A stretch of DNA of 64,000 nt from Adineta vaga (taxonomy: Eukaryota > Animalia > Rotifera), in assembly GCA_021613535.1 (NCBI GenBank), contig CP075492.1, positions 8,866,001 through 8,930,000 on the forward strand, read 5' to 3'. The notes beneath the pieces are model-generated. The model saw nothing but the letters and a program-made list of their open reading frames with translations. It had not been told where the DNA came from and ran no database searches. This document shows positions 1-13,942 of the stretch, piece after piece (the first letter of the stretch is position 1; the number at the start of each line of letters is the position of its first letter). Made by a program: the position numbers and the translations under genes.

Positions 1-483
1 GTGGTTGAGGAGTTTGCACACGTTTCCAATGTTGCTTTTTGATATCATAAACATATAAATCATTGAATAATAATGTTGTTCGTCCATCGAAAAATTCTCC
101 ACCAAATAGTAAAAGTTCATCTTTCAAAGGATGCTCAGTAAGGGAAGCATTTGCTCTAGAAAATAAATACTAAAACTATGATAAATGAATGTTTCAAATC
201 TAAACTAGTACCTTCTGGATGGTGGAATATCAACTGGATCTTCAATAACTACGGCTTCAATTTTATTATCTTTTCCAACATGTTTCGTAATTAATTGTTC
301 GATATTATCCTAGAAATGAAGAAAAAAAAAGATTCAAATGATAATCATTGCAGGAAATAAAATTTTTACTTCTCCAAGTTGTTCAATTTGTTTCTTAAGT
401 TCTTTTTCTGTTTTCTTCTTTGCTTTTGTAGCTGTTTTTTGAACAACAGCACCTTTTTTCTTTCGATCTTTATTCTTGCCCAT
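1..483 (-). CDS. KLHDC4: Kelch domain-containing protein 4-like, 5' part (gene runs off window start)
   Basis: Exons ~483-370, 309-212, 155-1 splice to [92 protein letters not shown], the basic N-terminus plus first kelch repeat typical of KLHDC4. Confidence 0.85.
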
Positions 484-780
484 TTCGTATTTGAAAAATT
501 GAAATAGTTTCTCAAGTAAAATTGTCTTCTATTGGAACAACCAACACCATCTATCGTCAAGTTTCATAATAAAGCAAAAATATTTTTTTCTTTATACATT
601 CTTTTTTTCTAAATTTAAAATATTTTACTCTAAATATGATTCGTTTTCGAAATATCGAAATTCCTCAATGGAGAGTCTTTTTTCCTATCTGTCAATATGG
701 CATCGACAAAGACCTTAAAACTATCATCGTCTTCATTGCCATTTATTGTTTTGGACGGTGTCTAAGTTAAATCCGTTAGC
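484..780. promoter_or_regulatory. Probable bidirectional promoter between KLHDC4 and RAD21
   Basis: The two ATGs face away from each other, 297 bp apart. Confidence 0.5.
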
Positions 781-3622
781 ATGTTTTATACACATGCGAT
801 ATTGACCAAACGTGGTCCCTTAGCTCGTCTTTGGCTTGCTGCACATTGGGATAAAAAATTAACGAAAGCACAAATTTTTGAAACGGATATTCGACTTAGT
901 TGCGAATCGATTCTTGAACCATGTCTAAAACTAGCATTACGTACCAAAGGACATTTATTACTTGGAGTTGTACGAATCTATTCACGAAAAACGAAATATT
1001 TATTAGCTGATTGTAATGAAGCGTTTATTAAAATTAAAATGGCTTTTCGGCCAGGAATGGTAGGAATTGAAGGAGCAAATACACATCATGTCAATCCAGA
1101 TTCTGATACACGAGAAGTGTCAATTGCTGCAATAACTTTACCAGAAAATTTTCACGATTTTGATTTAATTGATCTTAATATTGAGTAAGTTTCATCTGCC
1201 TTATCTTCAACTAGTTTATCTAAGAGGATAAAGATTATCTTGAGACATTTTGATACAAACTATTTCTAAGATTGAAATATACGTAGAAGTTATATCGTAT
1301 GTTTTCTAAGAAGAAACATTTTTCAATAAAGAAAACTCATCTGTTGATTCTATTTAGTTATATTGATGATCCATCTCGTTTTCAAATGCATCAAGCACGC
1401 GCAGAAGAAATCACATTGAAAGAAGATTTTATTAGTGTACCTATGCCAATGGATGATGATTTTGGTAAGTTTGTAAAATAAGAAAAATGAACAACGATTA
1501 TTTATTATCATTTATCATTTAGGTGATGCCAATGGACTTGATGAACCTGAGTTCTTTCGTAAACTTCAACCATCACTTCATTTTAATGCACAAAATTCAA
1601 ATATGGATTTAGATAGTATGTAGAGATTACTTTTGAAATAGGATAATTCTTAATTAATTCTTCTTTTATTAGATACTAATATACGCAAAGAACAAAGTAT
1701 TGCACGACCATTTGGTGATGATCCATTTGCATTGGATGGTTTCGGAGATTGTATGTATTTAGAATAGATGATTTAATTTTTGAAGATACTATTGATCTTT
1801 CTCATTAATAAGAATCATTTGTTTGATTCCATAGAAAAAAACCTTATTGAGTATATCCGTTTGAGAACGGTGCAAATTGATTTACAGATGAAAAGAAGGA
1901 ACGGAATATACGAAACGAAGAAATTCCTTCTTCATATATTCTTGATGATGTATCTATAAATTTTTTCTTCGAATTTCCAGTTGCTGCACCTGCTTCAGTA
2001 ATTGGCATTGGTGGTGATAATTCGAATCTATCTAATGCAAAAGATCATTATGATCATGTTATGTCACCATTTCATCGTAAGTTAATTTTTCTAAATTTCA
2101 ATCACACATTTACATATCTTAACTTTACAGAAGATGACAATGAACCTGCTATACCAACACTTGATGATCATGCAGCTCCAGCTAATGCAAAGAATCGAGG
2201 TATGAAGAAAAACTAGGATTTAATCGAGTTTTCTTTTTAAAAATCATCACTATCTTTAGATAACGATGAAAATCGTATGGATATTGAAGACGGAAATCAA
2301 GGTTTACAACACATTCCAGGTGTTGATGATACAACACTTTTATCAAATGTTTCGGATGAATTTGTTCTACCACCTATTTTAACCACTGGTAAAAATAAAA
2401 CAAAAAAGATTTTTCATTTATCACTTTCTTTCGAATAGGTCAAACACCAGCTGCAGCTCGTCAAGCAGCAAAACGTAAACGAAAATTAGTTGTTGACGAA
2501 GTTAAAGAAATCGACAGTACTGCAATGAAAACACAATTAAGTGATACAACAGATATTGTTGGTGTACTTGAACTAGCACCACCAACACGTCGTCTCATGC
2601 ACTTGAAAGAAACCGGTGGAATTGAAAAATTATTTTCTCTCAGTGCTACATCTATGTTTTCAAAAACATTACAACAGGTAAAACAATTATAGTGAATTGT
2701 TTTAGAAAAAACGATCGATTGTATTCTTCGTTTTCAATAGTTATTTACACGGAATATGATCACAAAAGCATTAGATCAAATGCCACCGGATAATTATCAA
2801 ATTCAACATGATCTTGCAATGGAACAACTTGAACGTGATCGAGATGATTCATCCATTGAACAAATGCGTGCATCACATCATCATTATTTAGAAGTACTAG
2901 GTAATAATTCACCGAATCGTTCAAGAAAACGTGGTTTATCACCGGGTCATGAATCAAATATGGATAAACGTCAACGTATCGATTCATTTCTACCGGGTGA
3001 TTCATTATTTTTTCCACCAATGACTACATCCATGGATAATTTAATGGATGTAATGCCAGCACCCATGTCACCGACACGAAAGAGTGGACGAAAAGTTCAT
3101 GAATTAAATCAATTACCACCATCACCATCACGTACACCTGGAAGTGTCCGACGTAAAAAAGGAATGGGACATTTATCAAAAGAAAATCATGACGAACAAG
3201 ATGATGATGATGAAGAACATGGACAAATAACGACCACAGCTCAAGAAGTAAATAATTCTTTTTTTTTCTTCATATAAGATACTTTTTGAATCAATCCCAA
3301 GTCTATGTCTTCCGAATAAATCTACGATGAATTCTTTTTCTAGGACTTTGAATCTGGCAAGAAATTGAATCGTCGTGCTAAAATCATGCTCAATGCTTTC
3401 GAACGTTCTTTTGATTCAGCTGATGCCCTTTCTTTTCATGATCATCTATCATCGGGCAACCCGAATTATCATACAAGAAAATTGACTGCACAAAAATTCT
3501 ATACATTATTAGTATTGAAAAAATTGCAAGCTGTTGATGTTGAACAAAGTGAAGCCTTTGGAGATGTAACAGTAACACCGGGTGTGAATTTTCATCAGTA
3601 TATAACCAGTGGTGGAAGATGA
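781..3622 (+). CDS. RAD21: Cohesin kleisin subunit RAD21/SCC1, multi-exon
   Basis: N-terminal [54 protein letters not shown]; central [25 protein letters not shown]; C-terminal winged helix [27 protein letters not shown]; ExxR separase-type sites (EFFR, EQMR); short GT-AG introns. Confidence 0.96.
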
Positions 3623-4542
3623 AAATAACAAAAACAAATCAATAACGATGTTGTCAGATGAATGTTTTGGCAGAGCTAATCAAATCACGATGGTATTTGC
3701 AAAATAAAAATCAATTCTTCTATTTCTTTAGCCGTTCAAGTATTTTCTTCTTTCTCTCAATGTGTGCATGTATATTGTACATATTTCTATCGATGTATTG
3801 TGTCTTTGGTTGTATGATAATATTCATTTTTCTTCTTCTTTTTTTGTGTGTGTCTCAGAATGGTTCCATCGTATTCGATTTTTCTTCTTCTTTATTAATA
3901 TGTATGTTGTTGTCTTCTAGAACTTTGTGTGTGCTTTTTTTGCGCTCTCCCTGTCTTTTTTTTGTCTTCTGATTTATTAATACCTTCTTTTGTCTTCTGT
4001 GTTCTCATGATTGTATTTTTCGCATTCATCGCACGATCATATTGAAATGGTGGACGATTAGAATGCCTTATTTACAAAAAAAACAACAACTCAAAATAAA
4101 AGCAAATCGAATTTTTTAATCAACTTTTCTAGTAAATCGAGTGCATCACTTGCAAGAAAAAAAATCATCTGTTAAATCAATTGTTGATATTAATAGTTCC
4201 GTTATTTTTACATTATTCGATTAAATTCTTCTATGATTGTATCTAAAGTATTTAACGAGTTTATATATATATATATATATATCTTGTCATTCATGCATAT
4301 ATATAATAACTGAAGGTTATATATCACATCAAACGATCGTTCTTGACGAAGATAGAACACACATAAAATTATTCAGGGTAAATCAAAAAATCAATGATGC
4401 AATTCACACCTGATGCACACCGAAAGAGAGCAACGAATGGATTCATAAAGATAATTGTTTTATTGAACAAATTAATTCTATACATAGATAAATATCAATT
4501 GTATGAAACAACAGGAAAAAAAACAGAAAGACAAAGAGATAT

Positions 4543-7507
4543 TCAAAATTTTTCTTCATAAAATCGAAATCGAAATGTTGCACAGTGATTTCGAATTGTT
4601 TGTGCCATTGTTGATGGTCCACAAAAGAAAACATTAACATCATTTGCCATTGATGCATTTTCATTTGAAATTAAATTACTAAATAAATCTTCCCATTTCG
4701 GTCGTCCAAGATGTGTCTTTGATTTTAAACTTGTAAATATATCTTGTCCAGCTACTGCCCAAATTTTCGTAACAAGATCTAATGGAACATTACCAATATT
4801 TTCATCATGTTTGATTTCCGTGAAATATAAATGAATATCAAGAAAACGATTTTCATTCGAATTTGATGCTAAATAACATTCTTGTTCTTGTTCAAATTGA
4901 TGAAGAAGATTAAGAAACCATTCGAAATTTTTGTGATCACGATTAACCCAAATAAAATCTACTTTTCTCAAACGATGATTTTCAACTAATCCTTTGGAAT
5001 TATAATTGATTCCATTACAATGTTTACAAATAACACGTGATGCACGAAATTGTGCCATAAGACTTGATAATATCGATGCGTACGGTGTTATACCAATTCC
5101 ACCACCGATTAAAACAACATGCTTACAATCAAAGACATAACGTGCACATGATGAATAAGGTCCATTAATAACAACTGGCTCTCGTTTTCTTGATTTCGTA
5201 CAACATCTACCCAAATGACTTTCATTTTCATCCTGATCACCATCACCACAATGATCTTGATTCATTGCTTGAAGGTCGGCAACGGATTGTTCTGGATGAA
5301 TATCAGCACGATAAACTTTCATCTGATTTTCATTCGCATCATTGGCAGACATCTCATGAAAACGTTGATAAACTTGTTTAGTCCAATTGCCAACTACTTG
5401 AATATGTAAACGAAGATAGTTTGCATCTTCTGGTGCACTACTGATTGTAAATGGATGAAATTCATAGAGTGCAACACGTGGTAAATTAATACTTATATAA
5501 TCACCTGGTTGAAAACTAAAATATCAATTTCTTGTGTGAATTAGATAGAACTGAGAATATTCAAATTAGATTTACGTGAAATTTTTTGGTCGATGTATAT
5601 TTAAACTAATAACATTGGATTGTTCAATTGTTGCTGAATGAAGATAAGTACGACCACTTCGAACTGAATATCTTGTTAAAATAGAATAAGATTTTTCCAA
5701 TAAAAATAATGATAATGGACCCACAATCCATTTCTAAAAGTACTCATTTTATTTATTCGATTCATAGATCTTTGAAACATGAAACTTACCCAAAAATTTT
5801 CTGCATGAAGAATAAGAAGAACGAAAAATGGAAAATAAAGTAGATGTGTCCAATAGAAAATCTACAAAAACAATGAAGATAAATTCAGTAACAAAACACT
5901 TTTATCTGCTTACTTGAAAATGACCACCACGTCGAATCCATTGCATTGAACAAATAATAATAACAGCAAGTATAATACATAAAATAACACCACTCAATGG
6001 TGCAAAACCACCAACCCATCCTACATTAGGTTTGGTCGTAAACTAAATAGCAGAAAAAAAATCTTTTAATTAATTTCAAAGATAAATCAACATACCATAA
6101 AAGCTCCCCATGAATGATCTAAATATTTCAAATCAATTGTTTTCATTTCAATAGAATTCATTTTTACCTGGTAGTCTACCAAAATTGATCATATGTGCAA
6201 CTGTATGTAAGATAGCTAGTGCACCAATGACTCGTCCAACAACTTTATGAAAATCAATATGATCATCGACAGGTATAATTTTTCGTAGGAAACTGTTAGT
6301 ACGAATTACTAATATGGTATGTTTAAGCATTAATGTAATAATAAGTGCACAATTAAAATTTAATAACATTCCACCAATACGTGCAAGAACAACAAAGGCA
6401 TGTGATTTGGTTACAGATACTCGATAAATAATAACATAGATGGTAAGAGCAAGATTTATTAAGATATATAAAATCAAAACAATAATACGTGATAGATTAT
6501 CTCGAATATAATCTATGGTTAATCGATGCATTTGTGCTTCATATATTGTTTGTTCTTCACAATAACGAGTAAGAAAACGTTGAAATTTATTTACTTTTCG
6601 AGGTAAATTTGTTGGTGAATTAATAAACCATGTTGGATGAACAGTAAAGTGTGATAATGATTCAAGTAAAGTAACATCTTTTGATACAATGGAATAGAAT
6701 TCTTCAAAATCAATTCGTGATTTCTAAATTGATTGAATAATATAGATTTCAATAGTAGATTTCAATCTTTTAGCTTACTTGTTTGAGATGAAATCTTTCT
6801 AGAAGTACTTGTATAACTTCTTGTAAACGATTTCCATCGAATGTTTTTAAAACTTGTAAACATTTTTCATAGAAAAATGCTAATTCATTACTTGTTACAT
6901 AACCATCGGCATCTTCATCGAGCATCATAAAAAATACAAGAGCTCGAACATCCATTGTACTATTGAGAACACGTGTTAATCTTTGTGCTTCACTTTTACT
7001 TAATGTTTTGATATTTTCATCGTCATCTGTTGATGAATAAAGTGCATGGACAAGACGTTCAATAATAAATGGTTGAGTATTGAGTAATTTAGATACTTCT
7101 TCTAGTGAAAGATTCTCATTCGTTAACTGATCACTTGCACGACGTACAAATGTCGGTAAGGATTCTTCAGGTTCATCAAGTATACCATGAAGTTGGATTT
7201 CAGCTCTTTGACGATTTGAAATTGTTCGTTGTACTAAACTTAAAAACAAGGTTGATGGTTATAAGAACAGCATAAGACATTTGGTATTCAATAATACAAA
7301 CTTATTAAAGAATCCACCAGCACTTCCTGATGATGTTCGTAGAAATGAAGAAAACGCTGGAGTCGATTGATGGCTAATTTTACGTCTTAATGGACGTGTA
7401 TGTTGCTTCTTCTGGCGCTCATGCTGTTGCTGTTGCTGCTCTTGTTCTGGGGGTTCTAAGGAGAGTTGTGTTGTAAAAATAATTGCTGGTTGTGATGGTT
7501 GATCCAT
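4543..7507 (-). CDS. EF-hand NADPH oxidase (NOX5-like), multi-exon
   Basis: EF-hand DEDADGYVTSNEL and IDFEEF; ferric-reductase TM region LARIGGMLLNFNCAL..DDHIDFHK..HTVAH; FAD site FQPGDYI..EFHPFTISSAP; NADPH site GPY..VVLIGGGIGITPYASIL..FFCGP; ends FYEEKF. Confidence 0.92.
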
Positions 7508-8581
7508 CGAAAGAGAAGTATGTTGTTTAGTAGGACTAAATAATATTGAACGTTTTAGGTAATAGAAAAAACGATTCGAGACAAACTTTCGTACCTACTA
7601 GACATGATATAATTCTAATACAAGAGAAGAAAGATACGTTCGACGAATAATGCCTTGTTCGCCTATAAACACTCTGAATTTATATCCATACAAAAATGAA
7701 GCGTGACGATGAGAGAAGAACAGTAAAGATTGTACTTTATCGTCTATTATAGTTCTGAGAAGAAGCGAAAAAATCATCCCTCGAGCGACATAATGTTTGT
7801 TATCTTTTTGATTATCGTACGATATGAAGATAATCGAATTTATGCATTAACACAGACACAGTTAAAAAGACAAAATTAATCTCGATTTACATCTTAGATT
7901 TTGAACAGATATATTCGTTTATACCGAGAGAAAGAACAAAGTATGAAACATGTACAATGTTAAACTTTTGACCGTTAAGTACATTTGTGCAGTGAACAAT
8001 GAAAACCGTCATTTGAACTACATTTATATCCGAAAACGCAACGTCACGAATAATTTGATATTTGTACAAAATAAACAGATGATTTATAGTATATGATAAT
8101 AACTATATATGAATCTGACGTTGTTTGTCAAAGTATTTATTCATAACTTAACACATTTTCTATACTTGAAGTTCAATGAAAAAAGTAGAAACTTTAGAAC
8201 TTTATCTCACAAATGACCCTAGTATCACATTAGCGTCGTAGAAGAATAGATACAAAAGATTTCTTTCAATGACGCATCTATTACCTTTACACATATCAAT
8301 CATGACTTACTTTTGTTAAAAACGGATTTACCAAGTCGTAGTTTGAATGAATATACTTTATGAAAGTAATTTATTTCGTCCTTGACAGCTCATTGTTATC
8401 ATGGATCAACGCAAATGAATGTCATTGAAAATAGTTATAGTTAGATAAAAACCAGTTGTTTACTTATTTCTTTATTATTGGATCGAAGAAGTGCAAATTC
8501 CATTCTAATTATATTTTCTTTATTCATATATGTATATATACAAAACAATTCACATTTTCGAATCTAGGATTGTCAATGTAA

Positions 8582-8916
8582 TTAACATCGCCAATCAGGA
8601 ATACATTGACTTTTCGGATGAGAACGACGTGCATAACCACGTTTACAAAAACAACCTTGAACACATTGATAAGTACATGGTTTGAAATATCTTGCATGTC
8701 GAACATCAGTACACGAAATAGGACATGCCGAACCACAATTTAGATACTCCTGATGAGCACCTAAACACCAATGACCAAATAAAAAACCTAAAAACACAAG
8801 ATTTTCATAATGAATATATTTTCATATGCATATCAAACAATCATACTTTGTGTTTGAATGGCAAGGGTAGTTAAAATTAAGAACAGTAGTAGACCGATAC
8901 GAATTGAAAGGACCAT
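8582..8916 (-). CDS. Secreted single-TIL-domain (trypsin inhibitor-like) cysteine-rich peptide, 2 exons
   Basis: Signal peptide MVLSIRIGLLLFLILTTLAIQTQ (8916-8847), intron, then 10-Cys TIL pattern C..HQEYLNCGSACPISC..PCTYQCVQGCFCKRGYAR..QCIPDWRC. Confidence 0.85.
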
Positions 8917-8965
8917 ATTATATATGCAAATGGTACGTGATACTTGTGTGAAACAACTTCTCGAC

Positions 8966-8995
8966 TGAAAATGAAAATGAAAATGAAAATGAAAA
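8966..8995. repeat. (GAAAAT)n hexamer microsatellite upstream of the TIL gene
   Basis: tgaaaatgaaaatgaaaatgaaaatgaaaa read directly. Confidence 0.8.
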
Positions 8996-9554
8996 GAATG
9001 CAAAAAGATTGATAAGAAATGTGATGTAATATAAGATATGTTGTATTCTTCTTTCAATTAATCTATAGACAATGCAAGTGTTCTCAATATTTGAAGACAG
9101 TCTGTCTGAGTGATTGATTTTATTTTCAAAACAAGACGTGTAAAATGATGCTTGTTTGATAATTGAGATAAGGAGGGAGAGAAAAGGTGTGAGAATCATA
9201 TTCTATCGACACTTGTTTAGATGATCAATTAACAACTAAAACAGCACTTGAAAAATTTTTTCATTCATTTAATAGTGAAGAATATGAATACAGGTAACAT
9301 GTGATACTCGATGTTTTTTGATTGATAGCAACAAAAAGAATTAGCTTCGTTCATGACTGTATACATATGTATATATATATATATATATTTCGTTTAGTTT
9401 TTTTTCTTAAACAAGACGACAAGTGGACTACAAAAACAAAAAAGAAAGAAAGAAGAGCAAACAAAATGAATCAGGCTATTCCAGGAAACAAATAGCACAG
9501 ATACATATAATGATATAGAATCCAATGTACAGACAAAAAAAAACAAAAGTTCAA

Positions 9555-12500
9555 TTAATAAGACGAAGGTGTAGTTGATGTTGTTGAATTGATTTTACCC
9601 ATTCGTCGTTTACCTTGATAAACAATCTTTCCTGATGCAACTAAATCAATTGCTTTCGGATATAATTGTTGTTCAAGTGTACGTAAACGATTTTCTAATT
9701 GCATTTCAGTTTCCGTCGGTGCAACAGATAAACTTTCTTGAGCTATAATTGGTCCATCATTATCTGTATCAGATTCACCAATAAAATGAACTGTTACACC
9801 TGTTATACGAACACCTGTTTGCAAAGCATCACGAATGGGTGAAGTACTATGACGAAATGATGGTAATAATGATGGATAAATATTTAATAATCGTCCACGC
9901 CATGCCATAATAAATGTATGTGATAAACGACATGTATAACGATCAAGAATAACTAATTCACAGCCATGTAATTGTAATTCATCATCTACTTTTTGATCCT
10001 ATGAAATAAGAAAATGAATGTATTCGATACGAAAAATATTTTATGAGTTATTTACTAGATCATAATGTCGAGCAGCATATTTTTTTGGTTGAATCACTTT
10101 GGTAACAACTGAAGGATACAATTCATTTACACGAGCTATATCCGATAGACCAGCTACTGTGGCAAGTACAAGAGCAATTTCGAATGCACAATCAAGTGTT
10201 GATGTACTATATGCAAGAAGTGAAAGTAATGAAGTATCTAAAAACAAAGTAGAAAATTGAAGTTTTCTCTTTTTCTTTCATTTTGATCGCGATAGTTACC
10301 ATTATTTGAAAGAAGTACAGCACAACGTGTTTTATCATTTGCAATGGGTTGTTTCATTCGATCTTTAATAACAATAGGTAAACTATTATTCATTAATGTA
10401 GCAGCCGTTTGATATGGTTTTGGATATTTAAAAGAAATATTTTTCAATTGAACCGTACGTAGTTGTGGTGGAGTTATAATTGGTTGTTGTTGTGGTGTAC
10501 GAATGGGTTTACGTACTGGACTTGGATCTGAGAAAGAAAATATTATTCAAACTCATGAATATAACATTCAACTTACTAATAGATATGAATGTTCCTAAAT
10601 AAAAACTTGATGTATGTGTTTCAGTTAAATGACGAAGAACATCATCCATTGTTGTTTTCGTGTGGTCAATAAGAAGTAAATAATCAACGCCACAATTGAA
10701 ATATTCGAACATTTCATCTTGACTAAAACCACTCTGAAAATGAATGAATGAATGAATGAATGAATAATGATAGAGAGAAAAAAAAGTTTTCAAATCCATG
10801 ATCTTACATGTTGATAGATCCAAGTAAAAAGAGCTGGCATTACAGGCCATTGTTGACCATTTAATTCCACATTGAACGTTGATGAAGATGAACCAAGTAA
10901 AGATTCAATCGTACGAGCAAGACCAACATCTAAATGAATATAAAATTTGAAAAATCAAACATTAACAAATGATCGATATGCATCTCTTTCAATAAATTAT
11001 CACTCCAATCATTTTTCTTTTCTATGAGAATTGTTAACATACCTTTAAGATATCGGATTGCTTTGATCGTTCGATTTTTAATCAATTCTGTAATGGTTTT
11101 TGCTAATGATGAAGCCAATATGGATGATTTTTGTAATAATAATGAAAAAAATGATTCTTCTTCACCATCAACAGTTCGAAAAGGTACTGTATCATTCAAA
11201 TGAATATTTTTCTTTTGAAATAACTCTTTCAATTGTATATAACCTTGAGTATTAACTGTACCCGAACTACATCGAAGTGCCACTAAGAAATCACCTTCAT
11301 TAATAGTTGGATGATTTGTATTATTAAATGTTATCAATTCTCTATCGCCTAAACCTGTACACAATGAACTAAATGATGATGATGATATTGCAGTTGTCGT
11401 CGTTTTAAGAAGTGTACAATCCAATTGTTGACATGCTTGTTCAATTCCTTGATAGAATCGTTGAATTGAACGACGAGATGAAATCGGTGAAGAATAACAT
11501 TGAATATAAAGTGTTCGAGCACAAATAAGATCATTAGCACAACGAACAGTTAATTCATGACCAAGATATTCAAAAACAGTTTGACTATCACTCATATCAC
11601 TATCATTCAAATTAAATAAAGCTGCTAATGAATTTAAATTGATTGTCGATGAGATCAGTACAGGTTGATTATAAGTTTTCAGATCAATTTTACTTGTAAG
11701 ATCAAAACATGTTTCACCTTCATGAATATTATGAACATCAAAAGTACCATTATTTTGATAAATATCCATATGTTCTAATTTTGGTGTATCAGATACTGTA
11801 CCAAATGCACGTTCAAAATCCATTGGTTCAGTATCATCTTCATCATCCTCATCACTTGTATCATTCTCTTCATTATCATTGTCTTTTTCTTGTTCAGAAT
11901 TGTTTGAATTACGACGACGCTTTGCTCCATTACGATTCCATTTATTAGATGTTGAAAGAAGTGATTTCTTCTTTTTAACTTTCTTCTTTTTTCCATTCAT
12001 TAAACCACCAGTTGACGAATGATGACGATCACCATGAGTTTTATACCTAGAATAAATTTTTGTAAATTTTCAATATTCAAAACACAAATATTCTCTACCA
12101 TTCAATTGCATGACCACCAATATCCGATTTAAATAAAAGATCTTCTATATTTGCATGTTGTTTAATATATTCACATGCAAGTACTGATTGAATTTGTGCT
12201 TCCTGTAATGTTGAACCATAACCAAGTACATTAAAAATTCGTTCACCATTTGTTGTGAGAAAACTTGTTTCACCTGTTCCATTATTATTCACATTGACAT
12301 CAGTTTGATTATGAAATATTTTCACTTTATTATTTTTCATTGCCGTTAATAAAACTTTATTTGAAATAGTAAGAGATGTTTTTGTTGATGTAATTGTAGT
12401 GTTCACACAATGAACACGACGTTTTTTACTTGTTACAGGAATTATTGGTACCGATGGTAAATCAAGTGCATATTGAAGAAATACATCTGATTCACATAAT

Positions 12501-13942
12501 GATAAAAGAATTTCAGCTTCGGGTTCTTCAAATGTAGAGATATAATCAAGTAGACAAACTTGATTATAATTCGTTCCTTGAATTAATAAACGAAAACCAA
12601 ATAAATGACGAATCGTTGGTGAACATCGAAGAGTTCGCTCAACAATACGACGACGAACATAGGATAATTGTTTCGATGTTAAATATGGACATGGACCATA
12701 AGCACCCATACGTAATGGATCAGATTGTATAATTGGTAATTGTGTATAATCACCATCTCCATCACTAACAATGTATAAAGTACAAACTTGATTATCATCA
12801 AGAGAATAACCATGTTCGAGAATGATAGATTGATTTAATTTACCAAAGATATGATCCTAAAATTGAATATAGATAAAGTATGATTTCTACTATAATAGTT
12901 TGCTTTTTTTTACTTCAAAAACAGCTCTAATTGTTTGTATTGTTTCTTCTTGACTTCTACAATTTATCAAACCATTACCATGTGTTGCACGAACAATCCA
13001 TTCTTGTTGATTAGGATATCTAATTCAAATAGAAATACAATATAGTTTCGAAAATCATACACTTTATTTTCCTTACTTATTGATAAAAACTTCAACATCT
13101 TCCTGATTTAAACAATGTGCCCATTCTAATGTTGGAATTTTATGTTTATTCATGAATTGTTTGGCATTTAATTGATTATCTGTTAAAGCTAATGTATCCA
13201 CTGAACATCCTAAATAATGTAAACCATGTTCACAAAGTCGTGCTTCAAGTTCTTCGAAATAAGATGTTTTATTTAATGAAATAACTAAATCAATTTGTTT
13301 TGAATCGACAAAATCGAGAACATCTTTTTCATGTTGAAATAATGTCGAAATTGTTCCCGCTGACTGATCAATTGTTGTGCCACTATTACCAGGTGAGATA
13401 AAAATTTTAAAATTTCGTCGTTGTAATAATTTCCATACAAGTGCATGTTCACATGCTGTTGAACCAATGACAAGTATGGTTGCTGGTCCTGGTTGTGCTA
13501 ATGATGTACATGTTGAATAGGCATCATTATCATCCGAACGTGCCAAGACACGTTCGAAAACACGTAAATCAGATGGTGCCGTATTGACATCATTATTTAA
13601 TGATTTTGTAAATAGAACACGATCGAATAATTTCTGTAATATTTTAGAATAGATATTTGTTGATGATGAAACAAAAAGATTTCCACCAAGTTCTTTTAAA
13701 TGTAATAAACGTTTCGTTGGTACTTCAATAATCGGTTGTGTTATGATATCATCAACACTGTTCAATTGTTCTTTGATTGCTTCAGATGATTGTTCAGTTT
13801 CATTATCAATAATTAAACCCGATTGAGTTTGAGCGACATTTGTCGACGACGATGTCGACTGGTTCTCACGTTGACGATAGGCGCCCGATGAAGAGATACG
13901 CGACCGCTTGTTGCCGCCACCACGGTTGTTCGCCTGCGACAT
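9555..13942 (-). CDS. Divergent trifunctional GARS-AIRS-GART (purine biosynthesis) paralog, probably catalytically dead; 8 exons
   Basis: GARS-like ILVIGSTACEHALVWKL, ISPGNSG, MGAYGPCP, GERIFNV..GSTLQEAQ, DIG; AIRS-like CANDLI, GIEQACQQLDCTLL, EGDFLVALRCSSG, WP.MPALFTWI, DEMFEYFNCGV; GART-like RCAVLLS, LLNIYPSLLPSF, TGVTVHF..GPIIAQE. Exons join in frame through GT-AG introns with no stops. Confidence 0.85.

Noticed and set aside
1813-1949. Possible cassette exon in the long RAD21 intron
   Set aside because: No acceptor/donor pair preserves the frame, and the remaining intron would be about 31 nt
781-3622. Meiotic REC8 identity
   Set aside because: N- and C-terminal motifs closely follow canonical RAD21
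3658-3972. 104-aa hydrophobic ORF
   Set aside because: T-rich 3' UTR of RAD21; the Phe/Leu/Cys bias is a composition artefact
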